DNA from: an uncultured Clostridium sp.
Lineage (GTDB): Bacteria; Bacillota; Clostridia; TANB77; CAG-508
Assembly (NCBI GenBank): GCA_964415805.1
Contig: CAYQBQ010000002.1
Location: 1 to 33,387 of the forward strand
Direction of reading: 5' to 3'
DNA: 33,387 nt
A program made the position numbers and the translations under genes. Positions 7,656 through 16,372 of the stretch are shown piece after piece. The notes beneath the pieces were generated by a model that had not been told where the DNA came from, did not search any database, and saw nothing but the letters and a program-made list of their open reading frames with translations. The stretch's first letter is position 1, and each line of letters opens with the position of its first letter.

Positions 7656-8063
7656 TTACCCCCTTCCAAATTTTACAAACATTGCAAATGCTAATGGTAA
7701 AATTTGGCATATAATTAATAATGTAACGAATGTTACAATTAATCCCATTCCTTTTTCTAATGTATCTAGTTTTCTTATACCTATTATGTATTGATGTATA
7801 GCTCCAATTGCTATTCCTAAAAAGCAAAATGGTATACTGTATATTCTAACTAGATTTAAAATATATGCAACTAATCCATATGCATCAGAGCCATATTTTT
7901 CTTGATAATCTTGAAGTGATTTTGTTTGTGTTTCTTTTATTTCCACAAGTTTACTTTCTGTTTTTTCATCTATTGCTTTTTCCGCAGAATATACTTTATT
8001 TGTACATGTAAATATTCCTAATATTAATATTGACATTGTAAATATTGCTATTATTTTTTTCAT
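7656..8063 (-). CDS. Small secreted/membrane protein (signal peptide plus two C-terminal TM helices)
   Basis: 135 aa behind a GGAAGGAG Shine-Dalgarno sequence. The signal-like N-terminus is MKKIIAIFTMSILILGIFTCTNKVYSA. A hydrophilic stretch of about 40 aa follows, then two hydrophobic helices split by RKLDTLEKG. It stops 3 nt before the 768-aa gene. Confidence 0.6.
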   Translation of the reverse strand: MKKIIAIFTMSILILGIFTCTNKVYSAEKAIDEKTESKLVEIKETQTKSLQDYQEKYGSDAYGLVAYILNLVRIYSIPFCFLGIAIGAIHQYIIGIRKLDTLEKGMGLIVTFVTLLIICQILPLAFAMFVKFGRG

Positions 8064-8126
8064 TATTTTAGCTCCTTCCTTATATTCTTACAATCGCTTA
8101 TTTTTTTACGTTTTCTTTACTTTTAT

Positions 8127-8155
8127 ATCATACAATAACTTCTAAAAAATATCAA
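8127..8155 (-). promoter_or_regulatory. Candidate sigma-A promoter of the 135-aa/768-aa/GGDEF-like operon
   Basis: Minus strand reads TTGATA, a 17-nt spacer, then TATGAT. The -10 ends about 64 nt upstream of the ATG at 8063. Confidence 0.4.
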
Positions 8156-8185
8156 GGAATTTTGCAAAAATTTTACAAATTATTA

Positions 8186-8208
8186 TTAAAATTGTTACAG
8201 TTCAGTGA
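8186..8208 (+). promoter_or_regulatory. Conserved box TTAAAATT-GTTACAGTTCAGTGA (copy 1 of 2)
   Basis: The second copy at 21898-21922 is identical except for one transition and a 2-nt insertion. There it coincides with the -10 and initial transcribed region of a predicted promoter. Confidence 0.3.
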
Positions 8209-8312
8209 AGAATTATCCTCTCACTTGACTATACCAAAAAATTTAAAATTCAGAAGCTAACATATTATCTATGTTTTCTCCTGAATTTTTTGAATACTAA
8301 TATATCTATGTA

Positions 8313-8882
8313 TTAAATATTTGTGGAAGTATTATCTCCATCAAATGGAATAAATTTATTAACAATACTTTGTTGTTCAACACCTTCTGCTCTAAAAGTC
8401 ATGAAAGATGTATTTATTTTATTCTCAATTTGTTCTTCTACTTCTTCTTGATTAGCATGTTCCGCTAATACAAGTTCACTAACTAATATTTGTTTTGCAT
8501 TATTAAGCATTTTCTTTTCTCCTGTAGAAAGACCTTTTTCTTTTTGTTTAAAACTTAAATTTCTAACTACATCTGCTACTTCGTAAATGTCTCCACTTTT
8601 CATTTTGTCCATATTATCTCTATATCTTTTATTCCAATTTTTTTCCATTTCTGTTTCATCTTCACTAAGTACTTTAAAAACTTTTTCTGCTGATTGTTTA
8701 TCTATTATATTTCTAACACCTACTTCTTCTGCCTTAGCTGTTGGTATCATTACTTTTACATCACTTGGCATCTTTAAGATGTAGTATGATTGCTTCTCAC
8801 CTAAAATATCTTTTTCTTCTATTGAATCTATTGTCCCTGCTCCATGCATTGGATATACTATTTTGTCTCCTACATTAAACAT
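8313..8882 (-). CDS. CarD/CdnL-family RNA-polymerase-binding transcriptional regulator
   Basis: FNVGDKIVYPMHGAGTIDSIEEKDILGEKQSYYILKM is the CarD_CdnL_TRCF N-terminal domain. The track start is a TTG that abuts the Shine-Dalgarno sequence, so I chose the ATG of MFNVGDK, 9 nt after AGGGAG. Confidence 0.85.
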   Translation of the reverse strand: MFNVGDKIVYPMHGAGTIDSIEEKDILGEKQSYYILKMPSDVKVMIPTAKAEEVGVRNIIDKQSAEKVFKVLSEDETEMEKNWNKRYRDNMDKMKSGDIYEVADVVRNLSFKQKEKGLSTGEKKMLNNAKQILVSELVLAEHANQEEVEEQIENKINTSFMTFRAEGVEQQSIVNKFIPFDGDNTSTNI

Positions 8883-8996
8883 GTAAGTCAACTCCCTTCT
8901 CTTCGTTCTATCTCATTTTTTCAGCAAAAAAATATTATAAAGTTAAGTCAACATGAAATAACTTTATTGGATTTTTTAACCATATTTATTATACTA

Positions 8997-9035
8997 CAAA
9001 AAAAATAAAAAGTCAAAGCTTTTATTTTGACTTTT
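8997..9035 (-). terminator. Rho-independent terminator after dut
   Basis: A 10-bp stem pairs AAAAGTCAAA (9008-9017) with TTTGACTTTT (9026-9035) around an 8-nt loop. A T-run follows on the minus strand. Confidence 0.6.
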
Positions 9036-9108
9036 TATGTAATTGGGGTTAAAAAGCCCAAGATTTCAAGTTAAATTTTTTATTATTTTTTCTATTAGAA
9101 TGGTTATT

Positions 9109-9570
9109 CTAATTTGATGTTGATCCAAATCCTCCCACTCTCTCTCCTTCTGCTACATCATTATCTGCCATAAAAAATTTTTGAAAAACCCCCTGTCCTA
9201 TTGCTTCACCTTTTTTTATAGTTATATCTTCATCTTTTATATTATAAAAAGCAAACATTATATGTCCATCATTATCTGGATTTCCATAATAATCTTTATC
9301 AATAACTCCAACACTATTTGCTAATATTAACCCTTTCTTTTTAGGATTAGAACTTCTATTATATAACATTAATACTTCATCATCTAGCATATATGCTTTT
9401 ATTCCAGTTTTTATTAATGTTGGTGCCATTCCTTTTTTAAAACTTGGTATTACTGTATCTTCTGCTGCCTCTATATCATATCCTGCTGAATATTTCGTTT
9501 TTCTAATCGGTAAATTTATTGATTTATCTTCAAATCCTTTTGCTATTTCAAATCCTCTTACTTTCTCCAT
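9109..9570 (-). CDS. dut: dUTP diphosphatase (dUTPase/dCTP-deaminase superfamily)
   Basis: Carries SAGYDI, RSS, GVIDKDYYG and the C-terminal GGFGSTS motifs. The track start is a GTG inside the Shine-Dalgarno region, so the ATG of MEKVRGF behind GAAAGGAAG was chosen. Confidence 0.8.
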   Translation of the reverse strand: MEKVRGFEIAKGFEDKSINLPIRKTKYSAGYDIEAAEDTVIPSFKKGMAPTLIKTGIKAYMLDDEVLMLYNRSSNPKKKGLILANSVGVIDKDYYGNPDNDGHIMFAFYNIKDEDITIKKGEAIGQGVFQKFFMADNDVAEGERVGGFGSTSN

Positions 9571-9642
9571 TTTAAATCTTCCTTTCACATTTTTTCTTTA
9601 GTAATTTTTACATACGTATTTTAAAATGTCAAGTATTTCCCC

Positions 9643-9684
9643 AACAAAAAAAGATATTCTGTATTTTTGCTACAAAATATCTTT
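9643..9684 (-). terminator. Probable terminator after spoVS
   Basis: A 9-bp stem pairs AAAGATATT (9650-9658) with AATATCTTT (9676-9684) around a 17-nt loop. TTTTGTT follows on the minus strand. Confidence 0.45.
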
Positions 9685-9694
9685 AAGTTTTATA

Positions 9695-9958
9695 TTATAC
9701 TCTTGATTCAACAATAAGTTTTATTCCTGTTCTATCTTCTCCTTCTACTTCTACCTCTGCAAAAGCTGGTATACATACTAAATCAACTCCTGATGGTGCT
9801 ACAAATCCTCTTGCTATTGCTACTGCTTTTACAGCTTGATTTAATGCTCCTGCTCCTATTGCTTGCATTTCTGCTTTATTTGATTCTTTTACTAATCCAG
9901 CTATTGCTCCTGCTACTGAATTAGGGTTTGATTTTGATGAAATTTTTAAAATTTCCAT
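9695..9958 (-). CDS. spoVS: Stage V sporulation protein S
   Basis: 87 aa. MEILKISSKSNPNSVAGAIAG...IGAGALNQAVKAVAIARGFVAPSGVDL is nearly identical in pattern to Bacillus SpoVS. Confidence 0.92.
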   Translation of the reverse strand: MEILKISSKSNPNSVAGAIAGLVKESNKAEMQAIGAGALNQAVKAVAIARGFVAPSGVDLVCIPAFAEVEVEGEDRTGIKLIVESRV

Positions 9959-10101
9959 TTTCTTTTGCCTCCTAATTATAATTTATTTTTTGTTGCAACT
10001 ATGATGGTATTTTATATCTTCTGGAAAAAAATGTAAATAGTTTTTTGGAAATTTTTTCAAGTTTTCATCGCAATAAGATTTATTTTTCGACATTTAAATT
10101 T

Positions 10102-10875
10102 TTAATTTTTATATATTCTCTTGATATTCGTAACCTTCGATGTTTTATCATCAATTTCGAATATTACACCGTTAAATATACATTTTCCTTCTGCAATTCT
10201 ATATCTTTCTGGTAATGTTGTTTCAAATCTTTTTATTGATGCTTTTATATCCATCCCTATTACTGAATGTTCTGGACCTGTCATACCTATATCAGTTATA
10301 TAACCTGTTCCGTTTGGCAATATTTTTTCATCTGCTGTTTGTACATGTGTATGTGTACCAAATATAGCTGTAGCTTTTCCGTCTAAATAATATCCCAATG
10401 CTATTTTTTCAGCTGTTGCTTCTGCATGAAAATCTACAAATATCATGTCAACTTGATTATGAATTTTTTCTATTATTTGTTTAGCTTTTAAAAATGGATT
10501 TTCTGTCAATATGTTTATATCAACTCTTCCCATTATATTTATAACAGCTATTTTTTTATCTTTGCATTTATAAATATTATATCCTTTTCCAACAACTCCT
10601 TCTGGATAATTTGCTGGTCTTATAATTTTTGGATTATCTATAAATTTAAATATATCTTTTTTCCCCCAAGTGTGGTTTCCCATTGTTACTACATCTACAC
10701 CTTGTGAAATTATATCATTAAAGTTTTTTTCTGTTATCCCCATTCCTTCTGCTGAATTTTCTCCATTTACAATTGTAAAATCTATGTTTTCTTTTTCTTT
10801 TATTTCTTTTAATCTTAATTTTAATTCATTAACTCCTGCTGAACCAACTATATCTCCAACTGATAAAACTTTCAT
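10102..10875 (-). CDS. ymdB: YmdB-family metallophosphoesterase (2',3'-cyclic-nucleotide phosphodiesterase, TIGR00282)
   Basis: MKVLSVGDIVGSAG, GENSAEGMGIT, GNHTW and DFHAEATAEK motifs are present. It has the canonical position between rny and spoVS. Confidence 0.88.
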   Translation of the reverse strand: MKVLSVGDIVGSAGVNELKLRLKEIKEKENIDFTIVNGENSAEGMGITEKNFNDIISQGVDVVTMGNHTWGKKDIFKFIDNPKIIRPANYPEGVVGKGYNIYKCKDKKIAVINIMGRVDINILTENPFLKAKQIIEKIHNQVDMIFVDFHAEATAEKIALGYYLDGKATAIFGTHTHVQTADEKILPNGTGYITDIGMTGPEHSVIGMDIKASIKRFETTLPERYRIAEGKCIFNGVIFEIDDKTSKVTNIKRIYKN

Positions 10876-11003
10876 TTTTAATATCCTTCCTCTCTCAAAA
10901 CAAAAATTAATCTTTTGTCCTTTTGTATTTTAATTCTTTACTATAATACTATATTTTTCTAAATTTATCAAGTTTGCTTTTTTATAAATTGTTCCATACT
11001 GCA

Positions 11004-11044
11004 ACTAAAAAAAGAGTTGCAACTTTATAAAGTCACAACTCTTT
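11004..11044 (-). terminator. Rho-independent terminator after rny
   Basis: A 9-bp stem pairs AAAGAGTTG (11011-11019) with CAACTCTTT (11036-11044). TTTTAG follows on the minus strand, 5 nt after the rny stop. Confidence 0.55.
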
Positions 11045-11049
11045 TTATT

Positions 11050-12591
11050 TTATCTTGCATAATCAACAATTCTTGTTTCTCTTATAACATTAACTTTTAT
11101 TTGGCCTGGATAATCCATTTCATTCTCAACCTTTTTAGCTACATCTCTAGCTAAAATTGTCATTTGATCATCATTAATTTTGTCTGGTTTAACAATAATT
11201 CTAACTTCACGACCAGCTTGAATAGCAAATGATTTTTCAACACCATCAAATGAGTCTGCTATTTCTTCAAGATTTTGTAATCTCTTAATATATGCCTCTA
11301 ATGTTTCTCTTCTAGCACCTGGTCTTGATGCACTTATTGCATCAGCTGCTTGGATTAGTACAGCTTCTAATGTTTGTGGTTCAACATCTTCATGATGTGC
11401 CTCAACTGCATTTATAACTAAAGGATTCTCTTTATACTTTTTAAGTATTTCTACACCTATTTCTACGTGTGTCCCTTCCATATCGTGGTCTAATGCTTTA
11501 CCAATATCATGCAACAGTCCAGCTCTTCTTGCAAGTTTTGCATCTAAGCCTAATTCTTCTGCCATAATTCTTGCTAAATTAGATACTTCTATTGAATGAT
11601 TTAATACATTTTGACCATAGCTTGTCCTATATTTTAGTTTTCCTATTAGTTTTACAATATCTGGATGTAATCCTATTACTCCAGTTTCTAGAACTGCTCT
11701 TTCTCCTTCGGCTTTTATTGTTTCTTCTAGTTCTTGTTTAGCTTTCTCTACTACTTCTTCTATTTTTGCTGGATGTATTCTTCCATCATCAATTAATTTT
11801 TCCAAAGCTATTTTAGCAACTTCTCTTCTTAATGGGTCAAATCCTGATAGAACCACTGCTTCAGGTGTATCATCGATTATTAAATCAACTCCTGTTAATG
11901 TTTCCAAAGCCTTTATATTTCTACCTTCTCTACCTATAATCCTTCCTTTCATATCATCACTTGGAAGTGCTACTATTGATACTGTAGTTTCTTGAGAATG
12001 GTCTGCTGCACATTTTTGAACTGCATATGTTAATAGTTCTTTTGCAGCTTTATTAGTTTCTTCTTTTGCTTTTTGATTTGCTTCTCTTATTATAGCTGCT
12101 TTTTCTGCTGTTATATCTTTTTCCACTTCTTTTAACAATCTGTTTTTTGCTTCATCCTTTGTTAAAGCTGCTATTCTTTGAAGTTCTTCAATTTCTTGTT
12201 CATGTAATTTTTGAATTTCCTGTTTTTGTTTTTCTAATTCTTTTACTCTTGATTCTAAATCTTCTTCTTTTTTTTCAAAATTTTCTGAACGTCTGTCTAA
12301 ATTTTCTTCTTTTTGAATAAGTCTTGCTTCTTGTCTTTGTACTTCGCCTCTTCTTTCTTTAATCTCTTGATCTAATTCATTTCTACTGTTTACTATTTCT
12401 TCTTTTGCCTCAATTATTTTAGCTTTTTTTAGATTCTCTGCTTCAATTTTTGCCATACTTACTATTTTTTTAGATTCTTCTTCAGCACTGTTTATTTTAG
12501 ATTCTGCAATTTTTTTTCTATATGCTATTCCCATTAGTATTCCTATTGCAAGTGAGATTAAGACAGCGGCGATAATGATTCCTATATTCAT
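11050..12591 (-). CDS. rny: Ribonuclease Y
   Basis: 513 aa with an N-terminal TM segment, a coiled coil, a KH domain ([15 protein letters not shown]) and an HD domain (LLHDIGKA). Confidence 0.93.
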   Translation of the reverse strand: MNIGIIIAAVLISLAIGILMGIAYRKKIAESKINSAEEESKKIVSMAKIEAENLKKAKIIEAKEEIVNSRNELDQEIKERRGEVQRQEARLIQKEENLDRRSENFEKKEEDLESRVKELEKQKQEIQKLHEQEIEELQRIAALTKDEAKNRLLKEVEKDITAEKAAIIREANQKAKEETNKAAKELLTYAVQKCAADHSQETTVSIVALPSDDMKGRIIGREGRNIKALETLTGVDLIIDDTPEAVVLSGFDPLRREVAKIALEKLIDDGRIHPAKIEEVVEKAKQELEETIKAEGERAVLETGVIGLHPDIVKLIGKLKYRTSYGQNVLNHSIEVSNLARIMAEELGLDAKLARRAGLLHDIGKALDHDMEGTHVEIGVEILKKYKENPLVINAVEAHHEDVEPQTLEAVLIQAADAISASRPGARRETLEAYIKRLQNLEEIADSFDGVEKSFAIQAGREVRIIVKPDKINDDQMTILARDVAKKVENEMDYPGQIKVNVIRETRIVDYAR

Positions 12592-12682
12592 GAATCTACA
12601 CCTCTTTCTTATTAAATTTTCAATGTTCGAATCAAATATATATGTTCTCTTTTTATTAATATATTTTTTTCTTACCTATTAT

Positions 12683-12711
12683 ATTTTATCTTTATTATTA
12701 GCAACTGTCAA
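12683..12711 (-). promoter_or_regulatory. sigma-A promoter of rny
   Basis: Minus strand reads TTGACA, a 17-nt spacer, then TAAAAT. The -10 ends about 90 nt upstream of the rny ATG. Confidence 0.5.
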
Positions 12712-12742
12712 GTGATTTTGAAAAAATATTTATATATCAATA

Positions 12743-14497
12743 TTATAGTGTTTTTTCTTCTTCATCTTTTTGTTCTTTATCAGGAACAAAATTTCCGTTC
12801 ATTTTTATTCCTGTTTTTCCACTTTCTAAATCTACATATTTATGTGGATATATTTGAGATATTTTTTTACATTTCTTTGTAACTAAATTACCTAAATGTT
12901 TAGTATAATTATATTTTAGATCAACAGGATTAATCGTTTTATTCTTATATATTATCTCAGATTCTCTTATATCTGTTAAAGGCATTAATATTTTTGTTGT
13001 TAAATTTCTACCTTTATATCTCATATCGTTATATCCTTCGTACATTGGTATAACTGCACTGTTTTTTAATGTTTTAAAAAATTCTATTATATCCTCTTTA
13101 TCTGCATGCAGTCTTAGTGGCATATTAAAACCAGGGTAATCAATTCCTAATAAAATTTTTTTCTTATCTATCTGTGCTTCTTGTGGGTTTTCTGGCATAT
13201 ATCCCCAATTTGTTATTTTTCTATTATAATCTATTTGTAACAATACTTCTTTTAGCATATTACTTTTTGACAAATATATTATATCAATGTTATTTCGACT
13301 TGATTGTCCAGATAATAGATCTTTATCAAAATTGTTCTCACTTTCTGGTAATATTGTATTGAAATAATCTGTATATTCTTCTTTTAATTTAGGGCTAATA
13401 TCTTTCATATTCATAACTGAATATTTATAATTTTCAGTTTCATAAAATTTTGTAATTTGTCCTTTTATTTTATTTGAAATATTATCACATAATTTCATTT
13501 TTAATATAGTTTTTATTATTTGTTCATCACTCAAACAATCTTCATAGTCCTCGTTTTCTAATTTTCCCCATAAATTTAAAGTATCTGCAATAAATATTGC
13601 TTCTTTTACATTCTCGATTCTTTTTGTAAATCTATTTTGCCAAAATGCATTTAATACGGACAATTTTTCTACATCCAAGGTATCTATATATTCATCTGTA
13701 AATATATTTTCTAATCCTATATCTTTATCATCTTTTTCTGTTCTTAATTTATATTGCATTTTTGGCATTGATAACTCTTTATAGTCCTCGTTTTGTTGTT
13801 TCAATGGTTCTTCTAATAAATCATATTTTTTTAAAAACCTTCCTGATAGTTTAAAACATTTCTTTTCCAACTCAAATAACGTATTTTTAAGGTAATCTTT
13901 TCTATACTCTATATATCTATTTAAACTTTCTCTTTCATCATCAGTCATATATATTTTTGTATACTGAATAGCATCTTTAAGTTCAGGATCTTCTGCAATT
14001 TGTTTTTTGAATTTTCTTTTTTCATTTTCGTCTTTTGGATTTATTATTCTTTCTATGAAATTTTTTATTTTTTTATCTATTTCTTCTTTTCTTATGCTTT
14101 GTACCATTAATTTCACTTCAAATTCAGCACATTCTTCTTCATTACCTTTTATTTTGTATTCTTCATCCGATAAATTAATTTTTTTCAAATCTTCATCTTT
14201 TATTTTATTATAAATTTTATCTACCAAACGTGGATTTGCGCTTAATATTTGTAATATATTTTCTTGTCTTTGTATTGAACCTGTTCCTGATACCTTTGTA
14301 TATTCTTCTATTTCATTATCAAATTCATCATATATAACATCTCTAATTTCAATATTTTCATCGCCAAAATATCTTTTTAATTTCACAATGTACTTATGTA
14401 AAACCTTTAAATTTTTTCTTGCATATATTATCTGTTTTTGTTGATTATCTATTGATTTTTTTGCTTTTTCCAGTTCCTTTTTAAAATTTATATTCAT
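12743..14497 (-). CDS. Hypothetical protein, 584 aa, no recognisable domain
   Basis: Long uninterrupted ORF behind a GAGAGG Shine-Dalgarno sequence. The N-terminal half is Lys/Glu-rich and helical. The C-terminal third is more complex (NWGYMPENP, GIDYPGFNMPLRLHADKEDIIEFF, PMYEGYNDMRYKGRN). No TM segment or signal peptide is visible. Confidence 0.6.
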   Translation of the reverse strand: MNINFKKELEKAKKSIDNQQKQIIYARKNLKVLHKYIVKLKRYFGDENIEIRDVIYDEFDNEIEEYTKVSGTGSIQRQENILQILSANPRLVDKIYNKIKDEDLKKINLSDEEYKIKGNEEECAEFEVKLMVQSIRKEEIDKKIKNFIERIINPKDENEKRKFKKQIAEDPELKDAIQYTKIYMTDDERESLNRYIEYRKDYLKNTLFELEKKCFKLSGRFLKKYDLLEEPLKQQNEDYKELSMPKMQYKLRTEKDDKDIGLENIFTDEYIDTLDVEKLSVLNAFWQNRFTKRIENVKEAIFIADTLNLWGKLENEDYEDCLSDEQIIKTILKMKLCDNISNKIKGQITKFYETENYKYSVMNMKDISPKLKEEYTDYFNTILPESENNFDKDLLSGQSSRNNIDIIYLSKSNMLKEVLLQIDYNRKITNWGYMPENPQEAQIDKKKILLGIDYPGFNMPLRLHADKEDIIEFFKTLKNSAVIPMYEGYNDMRYKGRNLTTKILMPLTDIRESEIIYKNKTINPVDLKYNYTKHLGNLVTKKCKKISQIYPHKYVDLESGKTGIKMNGNFVPDKEQKDEEEKTL

Positions 14498-14601
14498 GTT
14501 TTTACCTCTCTTTTTTGTCTTTTATTTTGTCTTATGAACAAAATAATAAAAAAGTTTTTTGTAAAATAAAAAAAGTAGCTCGTAGAACTACCCTTTTTAT
14601 C

Positions 14602-14802
14602 CTATGCAAGTCCATATTTCTTTTTGAATCTATCTGCTCTACCACCAACTGTTTCTTGTCTTAAATTACCTGTCCAGTATGGATGGCATTTTGAACAAAC
14701 ATCAACTTTTATGTCTTTTTTTGTTGAACCAACTTCTAAAACATTACCACATGCACATGTGATTGTTGTTTGATTATATTCTGGATGTATTCCTTCTCTC
14801 AT
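14602..14802 (-). CDS. rpmE: 50S ribosomal protein L31 (Zn-binding type A)
   Basis: MREGIHPEY is followed by CxC ... [10 protein letters not shown]. The protein is 66 aa. Confidence 0.92.
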   Translation of the reverse strand: MREGIHPEYNQTTITCACGNVLEVGSTKKDIKVDVCSKCHPYWTGNLRQETVGGRADRFKKKYGLA

Positions 14803-14847
14803 TCTAATTTCACCTCTTTTTCGTATCTTATAACATGACTGTTCTTT

Positions 14848-14876
14848 ATAATAACATATTATCTAAATTTTTTCAA
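14848..14876 (-). promoter_or_regulatory. Candidate promoter of rpmE
   Basis: Minus strand reads TTGAAA, a 17-nt spacer, then TATTAT. The -10 ends about 45 nt upstream of the rpmE ATG. Confidence 0.35.
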
Positions 14877-14879
14877 GTA

Positions 14880-15044
14880 TTATTTTTTAGTATTTTTATT
14901 TACTTGTTCACTAAATACATATTGTGCTGATTGTAACATTTCTTTATTTAATGATAGCTTATGTACTAATTTGTTCATCACATTAAATACACATGCAATT
15001 ATCAATATTAACATTCCAATCTTTTTCCAATATCTTTTTAGCAT
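14880..15044 (-). CDS. Small hypothetical membrane peptide (54 aa), absent from the ORF track
   Basis: The ATG lies behind AAAAGGAGAAAATATT. The peptide is MLKRYWKKIGMLILIIACVFNVMNKLVHKLSLNKEMLQSAQYVFSEQVNKNTKK, with one hydrophobic helix. It fills an otherwise empty 340-nt gap. Confidence 0.4.
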   Translation of the reverse strand: MLKRYWKKIGMLILIIACVFNVMNKLVHKLSLNKEMLQSAQYVFSEQVNKNTKK

Positions 15045-15144
15045 AATATTTTCTCCTTTTTAAAATAATACATATATATTATACTGTCTTTTTTATAAAA
15101 AGTCAATCAGAAATTCACAAAAAATAGTATCTTAAATTTATTTT

Positions 15145-16371
15145 CTAATTATTTTTATCTTTATAAATTTTTATAATATCTTTAAAATTCATTTTTGTAC
15201 CATAATTTAAAATAGCATTAGAATATATTTTTATTGCAACTTGTGCTATGACTATTATTGTAATAATTAAAATTGCAATTGATGCTAGAACATCAGTATT
15301 ACTTGCTAATCCCATCATAACTCTAAATGGCATACAAAATGGTGACGAAATCGGAAACATTGACGCAAAAACATTTAGTTCACTTGTAGGATTCATCATT
15401 GTAAAATATGACAAATAAAATCCTATAACTGCTAAAATTGCAATAGGTGAATTAGCAGATTGTATATCTTCTGGTTTGCTTACTGTTGAGCCTGTTAGTG
15501 CATATAATAATGCATATGCTAAATATCCTAATATAAAATATATAATTGTTATGATACCTAAATATGGAGTTATATTAGACATATCTAAAACTGAATCAAT
15601 TATACCTGGCTCTAAAAATAGCTTTGCACTAATTAGTGCAGTTCCAACTATTAATATCATTTGCATTAATCCAATTATTCCTATACCAATTGTTTTTCCT
15701 AGCACTATTGTTCTTGGACTTGTTGATGTGACCAATGTTTCCATTATCTTTGATGTTTTTTCTGTTGTTATTGAACTTGATACTTGATATGCACAGAAAT
15801 ATATTGCATAAAATAATACTATAGATAATAGCATTATTGCATATATATTTCCACTTGCTTTTTCTTCTTCTGTTTGTTCTAAATCAAATTCAAAATTAGG
15901 CGTTATTGATTGTAATTGTTCTTGTGTTAATCCTAATTTGCTTATTTGTAAATTTGTATATAGTGAATTAATTGCCCCAACAATGTCTTCTGGTACTGTT
16001 TCCATCATATTCATATTTTTAACTATATATCTTATTTTTATATTTTGTTCATTTGGTTCTATAATAATTGCAGATTCTATATTCTCATTTTCAATTTCTT
16101 CTTTTATTTTTTTGTAATCCAAATTTTCTATTTGTATATCATATCCTAAATTTGCTTCTTTTAAAGTTTCTAGTGTACCTTCAAATATATTTTGACTGTC
16201 AACTATTAATAATTTGTCTCCAGTGTTATCTCCTTTTATTGATTTTAGTAATTTTGGCACATTAAATCCTACTACAATTAAAATCAAAATTATTAGTGTA
16301 GATATAATAAAAGATTTTCTTTTTATCATATCTTTCATTGTAAATTTCATTACAGTTATAAAATCTTTCAT
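15145..16371 (-). CDS. ABC-2 type transporter permease (NatB-like)
   Basis: About 408 aa with an N-terminal TM segment, a large extracytoplasmic loop and five C-terminal TM segments. It overlaps or abuts the upstream ATPase gene. The start is either the GTG at 16380 or the ATG at 16371, which lies behind AGGTGA. Confidence 0.75.
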   Translation of the reverse strand: MKDFITVMKFTMKDMIKRKSFIISTLIILILIVVGFNVPKLLKSIKGDNTGDKLLIVDSQNIFEGTLETLKEANLGYDIQIENLDYKKIKEEIENENIESAIIIEPNEQNIKIRYIVKNMNMMETVPEDIVGAINSLYTNLQISKLGLTQEQLQSITPNFEFDLEQTEEEKASGNIYAIMLLSIVLFYAIYFCAYQVSSSITTEKTSKIMETLVTSTSPRTIVLGKTIGIGIIGLMQMILIVGTALISAKLFLEPGIIDSVLDMSNITPYLGIITIIYFILGYLAYALLYALTGSTVSKPEDIQSANSPIAILAVIGFYLSYFTMMNPTSELNVFASMFPISSPFCMPFRVMMGLASNTDVLASIAILIITIIVIAQVAIKIYSNAILNYGTKMNFKDIIKIYKDKNN

Positions 16372-16372
16372 A

